From an uncultured Chloroflexia bacterium (GTDB taxonomy: Bacteria > Chloroflexota > Limnocylindria > Limnocylindrales > CSP1-4), in contig CAVVNQ010000003.1 of assembly GCA_963749705.1 (NCBI GenBank), positions 64,001 through 128,000 of the forward strand: a DNA stretch of 64,000 nucleotides. Direction: 5' to 3'. Below the pieces are notes generated by a model. That model had not been told where the DNA came from, searched no databases, and worked only from the letters and a program-made list of their open reading frames with translations. How positions within the stretch are numbered: the first letter of the stretch is position 1; every line of letters begins with the position of its first letter. A program made the translations under genes and the position numbers. Below, in pieces: positions 20,155 through 28,670 of the stretch.

Positions 20155-20832
20155 TCAGGACGCGCCCGTCAGGTCGCGATCCTGCATCTCCCACGCATGG
20201 TCCAGCGCGTGGTAGGCCGTGTGGCGCAGCAGGTATGGGATCGTCCAGTTGCCGAGCGGCTTGCCCCCCGCATACCAGGCGCGCATCGCCTCGACGAAGC
20301 GGTCGCGATGAGCGGCGATCGCGTCCGGCGTCTGCAGGTCCTCGAGCTCGGACCTCGCCTTGACGCGCTTCGAGAAGTCGCCGCCCTCGGTTGCCAGGAC
20401 ATGCCGAACGATCTGGTCGCGGGAGCGGCCGCCACCCCGGACACCCGGCCGGAGCTCCGCCGAGACACGGCTGGCCGTATCGTCGAACTCGGCCCAAGCC
20501 GCGCGCAGCAGCCGCACCTTGCGGTCGAAGGTCGGCGCGTCGAAAGGATCGCGGTCGAGCGGCGAGGGCGCGAACGAGATGCCCCAGAAGTCGGTCGAGC
20601 CCGTTCCCGGATAGCGGCCGATGACGTCGACATCGGGCTGGTCGGCGAGCTCCGATCCGAGCCGGGCCCGCTTCGCGACCGGGATGTATCGCGGCACGTA
20701 GCGGGCCAGCTTCGCGATCGCCTCGTCCTCCGTCTTGCCGCCCCGTTCGAGGCCCGGCCAGTCCGCCGCGACGGCGACCCAGCGCTTGCCCCTGGTGGGC
20801 TGCTCGACGAGCACGCGAAGTCGGGACGTCAT
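20155..20832 (-). CDS. Hypothetical protein with HicB-like N-terminus and DinB-like C-terminus
   Basis: AADWPGL..GKTEDEAI, IVRHV, LRHTAYHALDHAWEM; ATGA overlap with the cupin gene. Confidence 0.7.
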   Translation of the reverse strand: MTSRLRVLVEQPTRGKRWVAVAADWPGLERGGKTEDEAIAKLARYVPRYIPVAKRARLGSELADQPDVDVIGRYPGTGSTDFWGISFAPSPLDRDPFDAPTFDRKVRLLRAAWAEFDDTASRVSAELRPGVRGGGRSRDQIVRHVLATEGGDFSKRVKARSELEDLQTPDAIAAHRDRFVEAMRAWYAGGKPLGNWTIPYLLRHTAYHALDHAWEMQDRDLTGAS

Positions 20833-21224
20833 CTTCCTGCTCCTTCCGGGCCGTCCACATCAACCTGCTCCGGCTCGCCGCCGACGCGCACGACGAACGC
20901 CTCGAGATCCTCGTCCGAGCCGGTCCGCTCGCGGTGGATGGCCTGTGACGGGACGAGAAACAGATCTCCGGCGCCTGCCTCGATCCGGTCGCCACCGCCC
21001 GGGCCGAACTCGATGCTGACCGATCCACGGATCACGTGGACGTACGTGTCGTTGGCGCCATGGTGATGCCAGCCGCTGGTGTCGCCCGCCTCGTTCCGGA
21101 TCCAGCCGCTCCAGCCCACACAGCGGCCGTCTCGGTCCAGGTGGTGGCGCATCTCCAGGCCGGGCGTGGTCGGCCCGGCGATCGCGTCAGCACGATGCAC
21201 GACCACAGGTCGGGGTTCGTTCAC
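20829..21224 (-). CDS. Cupin domain protein
   Basis: SGWHHHG..DT and GDLFLVPSQAIHRE; GGAGG RBS before GTG. Confidence 0.85.
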   Translation of the reverse strand: MNEPRPVVVHRADAIAGPTTPGLEMRHHLDRDGRCVGWSGWIRNEAGDTSGWHHHGANDTYVHVIRGSVSIEFGPGGGDRIEAGAGDLFLVPSQAIHRERTGSDEDLEAFVVRVGGEPEQVDVDGPEGAGR

Positions 21225-21380
21225 AGGGCACCTCCGATCCACGCGACGCGGCGACTAAGCTGGGCGTGGATCTGCCATGAGGCGCCAGCCGCCGTCGTGA
21301 GAATCGTACCATCCGCCGCCCTGGCCCACCTGTTCGACGGTTGGAGAATCCGCCTCTCGGGCGGCGGCCACCGCGCCCTC

Positions 21381-21439
21381 TTGACAAGCTGAGCGTCGGT
21401 CGTTTATATATCGGGCCACGATATATCGCCTATCGATAT
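21381..21439 (+). promoter_or_regulatory. Promoter with tandem PadR operators
   Basis: TTGACA at 21381; ATATATCG-N5-CGATATAT (21406-21426) and overlapping ATATCG-N5-CGATAT (21423-21439). Confidence 0.7.
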
Positions 21440-21484
21440 GCCTCGCCGGCGGACGCGCTGGAAGGCATGCCACCAGAGGAGATC

Positions 21485-21823
21485 ATGACGTCCGGCCTGC
21501 TCGACCTTGGCCGTTTCGCGGAGCCGTCCATCGCCATCCTCATCTCGCTGAGCGATGGCCCCAAGCACGGCTACGCGATCATGGCCGACGCCGAGGCCAC
21601 GACCGGCCAGCCCCTGGGACCGGGCACGCTCTATGCGGCGCTCGGGCGGCTCGAGCGGCGTGGGCTGATCGAGGCCCTCCCGCTCGATGACCGGCGGAGG
21701 CCCTATCGCCTGACAGGGCTCGGTGCCTCGACCCTCCGCACCCATCTCGACCAGCTGGAGCGACTTGTCCAGACGGGCTTCGTCCGCCTGGACGGGCTTG
21801 CCGGCGCCGCCGACGGTTCCTGA
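21485..21823 (+). CDS. PadR family transcriptional regulator
   Basis: LSDGPKHGYAIM, GPGTLYAALGRLE, RRRPYRLT. Confidence 0.92.
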   Translation: MTSGLLDLGRFAEPSIAILISLSDGPKHGYAIMADAEATTGQPLGPGTLYAALGRLERRGLIEALPLDDRRRPYRLTGLGASTLRTHLDQLERLVQTGFVRLDGLAGAADGS

Positions 21824-21827
21824 CCCG

Positions 21828-22667
21828 ATGGCTGCGTCCCCGAGCCCGATCTCCCGCCTGATCACGATCCTGCTGCGCCTGTACCCGCCGGACTGGCGAG
21901 CTCGCTACGGAGTGGAGCTCGCCGCCCTCCTGGCGGAGACGGCGCTCACGCCGTCGACCGTCCTCGACATCGCGCTGGCTGCGCTGGACGCGCACCTCAG
22001 CCGTGACTACCCCTCCGAGGCGGGCGCCGGCAGAAAGGTCCGCCGTCCGATGCTCAACCGTCTCGCCCCGCTCGCCATCGTCCTTGGCGGCGTGTTCCTG
22101 GCCATGTTCATCCTGGTCATCGTTGTCTTCCTGGCCATCAGCTCGCCGGAGGGTCCCGACACCAGCGGATTCGTGCTGCTCGCCTTCTACGTCGTGCCGT
22201 TCGCCGTGGGAGCTCTCGCGATCGGGATCGCTGGGATCACCGTCAGGTGGCTGGGGGGAGACCCGCTCTCGCGTGCGCTCGGCCTCCTTGCATCCGCGTT
22301 CGGTCTTGCGCTCGCCGCGGCGATCTTCGCCCTGTTCTTCGTAGGCGACGTGGCCTGGGCCCCGCTGTCGCTGCTGATGCCGGCATTCGCGCTGGCCAGC
22401 GGCCTGCTCGGCCTGCGCATGCTCACTGCGGCACGGGGGGCCCGATTGCAGGGCGTGCTCCTGACCGCCGGCCTCGTTGCCGCTGTCGCCTGGACGATCG
22501 GCTGGTACCTGGAGGGCTCCTCGGTCGCCAGCGGCGCCCAGGAGACGGCATCGCTCCTCCAGACGCTTGGGTTCGGGTTGCTGTGCGTGGGCTGGGTGGC
22601 CGTCGGCCTGCTCGATCTCCGGGGCGACAAGGCTCCCGCCGTCGGCGAACCACACGGGAATGCCTGA
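21828..22667 (+). CDS. PadR-associated membrane protein
   Basis: LLRLYPPDWRARYGVEL N-terminus followed by about 6 TMs. Confidence 0.78.
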   Translation: MAASPSPISRLITILLRLYPPDWRARYGVELAALLAETALTPSTVLDIALAALDAHLSRDYPSEAGAGRKVRRPMLNRLAPLAIVLGGVFLAMFILVIVVFLAISSPEGPDTSGFVLLAFYVVPFAVGALAIGIAGITVRWLGGDPLSRALGLLASAFGLALAAAIFALFFVGDVAWAPLSLLMPAFALASGLLGLRMLTAARGARLQGVLLTAGLVAAVAWTIGWYLEGSSVASGAQETASLLQTLGFGLLCVGWVAVGLLDLRGDKAPAVGEPHGNA

Positions 22668-23304
22668 TCCAGCTCGGCTGGGAGGATCCGGGCTTGCGGG
22701 CCCGGGCGCGGCGGCGGGGGCATTGGCGGCGCTCGTCTTCGCCGCCGTCCACGCTTTCTGGATCACGGACATCTGGTTCTCGCTGGTGCCGATGATGGTC
22801 GCCGGGGCGGCGTGCGGCGCGTCGATCGGATGGTCCTACGGGCGCCTGTTCGAGCCATCGATCCGGAGCTGGCTCCTCTACAACGCGAGCTACGTCATCG
22901 CGCTCGCGGTCCTGGGAATGGTGTCGGTGGCGCTGTTCGAGCCCCGGACGACCATGGCCGAGCTGCTCGCGCTGGACGGACCGCCCGCCGACCTCTTCGG
23001 AGACGCCCTTCCCCTGACCGTCGTGTTCACGCTCGGCACGGCGGCGGTCCTGAGCCTCCTGTTCGGTCGAACGCCGGCGGCGTTTGGTGCGATCCTCGTC
23101 ACCTGCTCGGTGCTCGTGCTGCTCCTCGGGCTGGATGTCTCGATCATCGGCCTGGTTCGGATCCCGACGAGCTCGCTGTACCTCGTGGTCGAGCTGGCCG
23201 GCCTGATCGTCGTCCTGGCCGGCTCGTTCGCGGCGCTCGTCATCCTGTTCGCGTGGGGGCGAGCTCGGCGCCCGCTCCGGCCCGCCCGCCCCGCGAATCG
23301 CTGA
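22660..23304 (+). CDS. Hypothetical membrane protein
   Basis: Several hydrophobic segments, coding-like codon use, overlaps the upstream stop. Confidence 0.72.
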   Translation: MPDPARLGGSGLAGPGAAAGALAALVFAAVHAFWITDIWFSLVPMMVAGAACGASIGWSYGRLFEPSIRSWLLYNASYVIALAVLGMVSVALFEPRTTMAELLALDGPPADLFGDALPLTVVFTLGTAAVLSLLFGRTPAAFGAILVTCSVLVLLLGLDVSIIGLVRIPTSSLYLVVELAGLIVVLAGSFAALVILFAWGRARRPLRPARPANR

Positions 23305-23319
23305 CCAGATCGAGGCGCT

Positions 23320-24561
23320 TCAATCGGGACGACCCGCAGACCAGCGCGCTGTCGCACGCGGTCCCTCGACGAGGCTGCTGACGGGCGCGGAGGCGGCCCG
23401 ATAATCCTCGAGCGGGAAGGGTGGGACGGTGCGCCCGGCGATGACCTTCGTGAGGCCCGGCAAGGCGGCGAGCCGGGTGATCAGGTTGCGGGCCACCACG
23501 CCCAGGCGGCTGGATGGGACGAAGAAGGAGCGGAAGACGAGCGCTCCCTTCTGCTCCCCGGCGACGAATGCGCCGAGCTTCTCCTCGTACCGTCGGAACG
23601 CCAGTGCGACGTCGCCGCCGGCCGCGTGGAGCTCCCCGGCGAGCACGTAGGCCTCGATCATCGCAAGACCGGTGCCCTCCCCGGCGAGCAGGGACGGACA
23701 GGCTGCCGCATCCCCGACCAGCGTGACGTGGCCCCTGGACCACGCCGGCATCCGGATCTGGCTCACCCGATCGAAGTACACCGGGCTGTCGTCGAGATGG
23801 CCGAGCATCTCGGGGACCTCCCAGCCCATGCCGTCGTACACCTGGCGCAATGCATCCTTGACCTCGTCGTGCGCGGGCTCGTGGTCGAGCAGCCCGGCCC
23901 GGAAGACGAGCAGGATGATCGTGACCCCGTCGACTCGCTGGATCCGCGCCGCCCATCGGTTCTGGATGGAGTGCGCGACGTACCAGCCCGGGTTGGCATG
24001 CGGATAGTCGGGCGCGCGGTACGCGGCCACGTAGGCGTCGAGGAAGTGCTCGAACTGGCTCGCGGGTCCGAACACCAGCTCGCGAGTCGCCGAGTGCAGG
24101 CCATCCGCACCCACGATCGCGTCGAACCGTTCCGTCCGGCCATCCGACAGGATCGCCTCGACGCCGTCGGCGTGCTCCTCGATGCCGACGATGTGCACCC
24201 CGAACTCCACCCGCGCGTCGCCGCAGGCGTCGAAGGCCGCCTGGCAGATGGCGCCGCGAGGGACCGTGATGAAGCGGCCGTCCCATTGCGCCCGGACCTT
24301 GCCCGTATCGATGTGGGCGATCTCCTTCCCGCGGCCGTCCACGAAGCTGAGCCGTTCCTGCTCGGTCGCCTTCGCGCGCAGGTCGTCGATGATGCCCATC
24401 CGCTCGGCCACGTCGAAGCCAAGGCCCCAGAAGTCGACGACGTAGCCCTCGGTTCTCAGCCGATCCGCCTGCTCGAACAGGACGGGTTCGTGGCCGTATT
24501 GGCGCAGCCAGTAGGCGAGCGTCGGGCCGGCGATCCCGACCCCGTTGATGCCGATCTTCAT
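23320..24561 (-). CDS. FAD-dependent monooxygenase
   Basis: GVGIAGPTLAYWL, VGADGLHS, LVGDAA..PSLLAGEGTGLAM. Confidence 0.92.
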   Translation of the reverse strand: MKIGINGVGIAGPTLAYWLRQYGHEPVLFEQADRLRTEGYVVDFWGLGFDVAERMGIIDDLRAKATEQERLSFVDGRGKEIAHIDTGKVRAQWDGRFITVPRGAICQAAFDACGDARVEFGVHIVGIEEHADGVEAILSDGRTERFDAIVGADGLHSATRELVFGPASQFEHFLDAYVAAYRAPDYPHANPGWYVAHSIQNRWAARIQRVDGVTIILLVFRAGLLDHEPAHDEVKDALRQVYDGMGWEVPEMLGHLDDSPVYFDRVSQIRMPAWSRGHVTLVGDAAACPSLLAGEGTGLAMIEAYVLAGELHAAGGDVALAFRRYEEKLGAFVAGEQKGALVFRSFFVPSSRLGVVARNLITRLAALPGLTKVIAGRTVPPFPLEDYRAASAPVSSLVEGPRATARWSAGRPD

Positions 24562-24725
24562 GTCAGTCAGTCCTTCTCTCGATCTGGTCGGTCCTGGAGC
24601 GTGGCTGTCGTGGCGCTACGCCGACGAGCTCGCGCGGCTCGCCGCGTACGCCCACAAGGACTCGTCGAACACCGTGTCGAACCGGACGACGGGATCCACC
24701 GCCCGACGACGCCACGGGGGACGGC

Positions 24726-25286
24726 TCACGCACGGTCAATGTCGATGGCGACGGGGACGGGGTTGGTGACGATGTCCCGGACCGGCGAATAGCGGGTCAG
24801 GCTGGCGAGCTCGCCGAGCTGGCTGTCGTCGATGTCACCGGTGACCTTGATGCTGACCCGGATCCGCTCGAAGCCGGGACGGACCGCGTCATCCAGGCCG
24901 AGGAAGCCGTGCACGTCGAGGTCGCCCTGGATCGTCGTCTCCACGCCTTCGATTGCGATCCCACGAGCGGCTGCGTGGTAGACCATCGTGCCTGACACGC
25001 ACGCCGCGAGGGCATGCAGGACATATTCGACGGTGTTCGGTGCCCGATTCTCACCGAGCAGGACCGGAGGCTCGTCGCTCTCCACGGTGAACGTCTGGGT
25101 GCGGGTGGCGTCCTCCTGGCCGGCGCCATAGAAGTCCTTGATCATCGTCCGGCTGTAGCCGCCGTCGATCCAGTGGTTGCGGGCCCGAAACTGGAACCGC
25201 GCCAGAGTGGGGTCGCCGGTGACGGCCTCGACCGTTCCGGACAGTCGGTCGAGGTCGATGCCGTTCAAGCTGCTGGTGGCCTGCAT
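24726..25286 (-). CDS. OsmC family protein
   Basis: NGIDL, SDEPPVLLG, EYVLHALAAC, GDLDVHGFLG, SPV. Confidence 0.9.
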   Translation of the reverse strand: MQATSSLNGIDLDRLSGTVEAVTGDPTLARFQFRARNHWIDGGYSRTMIKDFYGAGQEDATRTQTFTVESDEPPVLLGENRAPNTVEYVLHALAACVSGTMVYHAAARGIAIEGVETTIQGDLDVHGFLGLDDAVRPGFERIRVSIKVTGDIDDSQLGELASLTRYSPVRDIVTNPVPVAIDIDRA

Positions 25287-25314
25287 GGTTCGCTCCTGTG
25301 TGCTGGGACGCTGC

Positions 25315-25346
25315 TGTACCATTTGGTACATGTACCGGATGGTACA
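25315..25346. promoter_or_regulatory. Tandem TetR operators TGTACC-N4-GGTACA x2
   Basis: Two perfect adjacent palindromes between the divergent osmC-like and tetR genes. Confidence 0.8.
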
Positions 25347-25355
25347 ATCACGTGC

Positions 25356-25916
25356 ATGACACGTCAAGACCTGCTGACCGCCGTGATCGCCGACCTCATG
25401 CGCGAGGGACTCCGCGACCGCTCGCTGCGCGACATTGCCGCCGCCGTGGGCACGAGCCACCGGATGCTGATCCACTACTTCGGCTCCCGGCATGGGCTGA
25501 TGACGGCTGTCGTCGAAGCCATCGAGGAGGACCAGAAGCGGTCCATGGAGTCGCTGCAGGGTGCGTCGGACGACATCGTCACCACCATGTGGCAGCGGCT
25601 CAGTGATCCGGGGATGTGGCCCGCCGAGCGCCTCTTCTTCGAGTGCTACGCCCGCGCCATGCAGGGCGAGGCTCCGTTCGACCGACTGCTACCGGGCATC
25701 GTTGATGACTGGGTGGAGAGGACGGCCGCCCTGAGCGCGGCGCCGGACGTCCCGCCCGCGCGGGCCCGCGCCCAGGCGCGCTTCGGCCTTGCCGTGTTCC
25801 GTGGCCTTCTGCTGGACCTCGCCGGGACCGGCGACCAGGCGGGAGTGGACGCGGCCTTCGAGGTCTACGCGGAGCTCGTCGCCGCCGCAGCCGGACGTCC
25901 ACACTCCGTGATGTGA
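25356..25916 (+). CDS. TetR family transcriptional regulator
   Basis: SLRDIAAAVGTSHRMLIHYFGS HTH. Confidence 0.92.
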   Translation: MTRQDLLTAVIADLMREGLRDRSLRDIAAAVGTSHRMLIHYFGSRHGLMTAVVEAIEEDQKRSMESLQGASDDIVTTMWQRLSDPGMWPAERLFFECYARAMQGEAPFDRLLPGIVDDWVERTAALSAAPDVPPARARAQARFGLAVFRGLLLDLAGTGDQAGVDAAFEVYAELVAAAAGRPHSVM

Positions 25917-26242
25917 CGCTGCGGGCGGATCGGCGGGGCAGTGCTGAGCCGCTCGCGGGACCGATATCGCCGAGTCGCGCGTTCGCGGCGCGAGCTGGCA
26001 GGACGCCGCGGCCGGTCACCTGACAGAGCGACCTGACGGGGCGCTGATCCGGACCCGTCCTCGTCGCGCAGGAGTCAGCGCTCCTGCCGGGCGTTGCGGG
26101 GTCGGTCCGAACGGTCTGCCAGCTCGGGACGAGGAGCACTTCTTGGACCATCGTGGGGCCGGGATTCTCTGCGCGGAAGGCTCCTCTCAGACCGGCGATG
26201 GGCGCGGCCTGGAAGGCCCTCACAGGCGTAGGAGATGCAGCT

Positions 26243-26674
26243 GTGGTCAAGCTGTTCGACACGACGTTCATGCTGGGCACCGTCCTTGTCCTTGTGGCGC
26301 TCGGCGTCGCCGTCGCGGCTGTCACTCGCGACGACGTTCCGCTCGTGGGCACAGGTGTCGGGGCGCTGATCGCGGTGGCTGTCGTCGGCATGGCGGGCTG
26401 CGCGGTCGGCGGCATCTCACAGGCCCCGGTGGCCGGGTGGACGGCCCCGACGATCCTCCTCGGCAGCGTGCTCGGTGCCGTCGCCCTCGTTGTCGTTGCT
26501 GCGGGTGTGTTCGGCTGGACCGGCGTTCTGGAGCCCGTTGCCCAGCTCGTCCCGGGTCAGGACGGAACAGTCGCGCCGGCCCGCGTGGCGATCGTGGCGC
26601 TGGGCGCACTGATCGCCGTGAAGTGGGTCATCGCCACGGCCATGGCCGTCGCCGCGAACAGCGTGTCCGGATGA
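26243..26674 (+). CDS. Hypothetical membrane protein
   Basis: AGGAG RBS, four hydrophobic segments, ATGA overlap with the next gene. Confidence 0.62.
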   Translation: MVKLFDTTFMLGTVLVLVALGVAVAAVTRDDVPLVGTGVGALIAVAVVGMAGCAVGGISQAPVAGWTAPTILLGSVLGAVALVVVAAGVFGWTGVLEPVAQLVPGQDGTVAPARVAIVALGALIAVKWVIATAMAVAANSVSG

Positions 26675-27324
26675 ACGAGCCGACCGTCATCATCATCGCC
26701 GCAGTCGCTGTGATCGCCAGCTATGCCGCGATTGTTCGTCCCTGGATGCTGGCCTGGGGCGCCACCGAGGCCGAACGGACTGCCCCGCTACCCGGCGACG
26801 ATGTCGTACCCCACGCGGGTTATGTGACGACCCGCGCCGTGACGATCGACGCGCCGCCCGACTCCATCTGGCCGTGGCTCGTCCAGATGGGCCAGGACCG
26901 GGCCGGCTTCTATACCCACAACTGGGTGGAACGCCTCCTCCGCTCGGGTATCCCGGACGTCGAAACGGTGCACCCGGAGTGGCAGACCCTGGCTGTCGGG
27001 GACCTGATGCGGACGAACCACGACATCGGGGGCAAGCCGATGGGCTGGCCGGTGGTCATCGTCGACGCGCCTCGAGCGATCGTGGTGCGGAGCAGGAGCA
27101 TGCCGGCCGGCACCTATGCATTCGTGCTCCAGCCGATCGACGCGGATCGCACCCGCCTGATCGTGCGCGATCGCGCGGCGTGGCGGGTGCGAGAGCTGCC
27201 GTTCGCCGCCCTGATCTATGAACCGCTGCACGCCTACATGGAGACGGGGCTCATGCGTGGGCTGAAGCAGCGAGCGCAGCGGGCCAGGATCAACTCGACC
27301 GCCACGATGGCCCGAGGCGGATAG
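26671..27324 (+). CDS. SRPBCC-like hypothetical protein
   Basis: WGAT..E...LPGDD, TRAVTIDAPP..IWPWLVQMGQDRAGFY. Confidence 0.8.
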   Translation: MNEPTVIIIAAVAVIASYAAIVRPWMLAWGATEAERTAPLPGDDVVPHAGYVTTRAVTIDAPPDSIWPWLVQMGQDRAGFYTHNWVERLLRSGIPDVETVHPEWQTLAVGDLMRTNHDIGGKPMGWPVVIVDAPRAIVVRSRSMPAGTYAFVLQPIDADRTRLIVRDRAAWRVRELPFAALIYEPLHAYMETGLMRGLKQRAQRARINSTATMARGG

Positions 27325-27383
27325 GAGGATGGATCGCCCGCCTGGGAAGCCTCGGGTGTCAGGCTCCAGGCGGTGGACAAACG

Positions 27384-27860
27384 TCAGCCTGCGGCCTTCT
27401 TGACCAGCTCCGCGATCCGCTTCTCACCGGCCGTCGTCAGGCTCATGATGGCGAAGGCGACCGGCCACATGTCCCCCTCGTCGATCGACGCATCAGGCTG
27501 GAAGCCGAAGGTCGAGTAGCGCACCTTGAACTTCGACTTCGCCTGGAAGAAGCAGATCACCTTGCCGTCCCTGGCGTAGGCCGGCATCCCGTACCAGGTC
27601 CGGGGAACGAGCTCCGGTCCGCTGGCGAGGACGAGCTCGTGGAGCCGCGCGGCGATCGCCCGGTCATCGTCGGGCATCTCAGCAATCTTGGCCTGGACGT
27701 CGGCCTCGCCCGCGGCGCGCGCCTCCTCCGGGCTGAGCTTCGCTGCCCGCTTGCGCTCCCGGACGGTCTCCTGCATCGCGGCGCGCTCTTCCTCGCTCAG
27801 GACGTTGCCGGACGTCTTCGCCGAGCTGCGTCGCTTCGTGGCTGCCTTCGTGTCTGCCAT
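27384..27860 (-). CDS. DUF1801/YdhG-like protein
   Basis: [35 protein letters not shown]. Confidence 0.88.
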   Translation of the reverse strand: MADTKAATKRRSSAKTSGNVLSEEERAAMQETVRERKRAAKLSPEEARAAGEADVQAKIAEMPDDDRAIAARLHELVLASGPELVPRTWYGMPAYARDGKVICFFQAKSKFKVRYSTFGFQPDASIDEGDMWPVAFAIMSLTTAGEKRIAELVKKAAG

Positions 27861-28079
27861 GCTCGTTGGTCCTCTCATTCGTCGTGCCGCCGGAGCGGCG
27901 TGATCGTGATCGCCGCCTCGACGGATTGCCTCCGACCATAGCGCTGCGAACCGGCGTTCCGCTTCTTCAAAGCTGCTCGATTGCTTCAGACGAGGGCCAA
28001 CGGCGAGCCCTCGCCAATGAGGCTATCGTCGCGCCGGCGAGGTGAACCGGACGAGGAGGATCCCGCGAAGGAGGACGCC

Positions 28080-28502
28080 ATGCACCCTCGAATCACCGTC
28101 CTGACGCTCGGGGTCGACGACCTGGAGGCTGCCCTGCGCTTCTACCGCGATGGGCTCGGGCTGCCGACCCAGGGCATCGTCGGCACCGAGTTCCCTTACG
28201 GCGCGGTCGCGTTCTTCGAGCTGGCCGGGGGGCTTCAGCTCGCGCTCTGGCCACGGACGTCGATTGCCACGGACACCGGCCTCGCCGTGAGCCCGCAGTC
28301 GGCCACCGAGCTGACCATCGGCCACAACGTGGGGAGTCGGGAGGCGGTCGATGCCGTCATGCAGCGGGCCGAGGCTGCCGGCGCCAGGATCGTCAAGCCG
28401 GCCGCCGACACCTTCTATGGCGGCTACGCGGGCTACTTCCAGGACCCCGACGGCCACCTCTGGGAAGCGGCCTGGAACCCCGCCGTCGAGGTCGAGGACT
28501 AG
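28080..28502 (+). CDS. VOC family protein
   Basis: ITVLTLGVDDL..ALRFYRDGLG, FYGGYAGYFQDPDGHLWE. Confidence 0.92.
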   Translation: MHPRITVLTLGVDDLEAALRFYRDGLGLPTQGIVGTEFPYGAVAFFELAGGLQLALWPRTSIATDTGLAVSPQSATELTIGHNVGSREAVDAVMQRAEAAGARIVKPAADTFYGGYAGYFQDPDGHLWEAAWNPAVEVED

Positions 28503-28670
28503 GGTCGAGACGAGCCTGTTCGAAGCGCCCGACCGGCACGCGGAGGGGTTCGCGGCACCGACGGCCCGAGCGCCGCCCGGCCCCGACGCCGAGCAGCGAG
28601 CGAGGAAGCAGCCCCCCTCGATCCGGGGATGCCGCCGTGAACGGCGATGATTGCCCGCACGGGCGCTGCC

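Noticed and set aside
24616-24729. 37-codon ORF overlapping the osmC-like stop (VSRPPWRRRAVDPVVRFDTVF...)
   Set aside because: Only the GTGA overlap supports it; no recognisable motif
25991-26126. Glycine riboswitch-like words on the minus strand (CAGGAGC...CTCTGTCAGG)
   Set aside because: Poor match to the aptamer consensus and no downstream gene in that orientation
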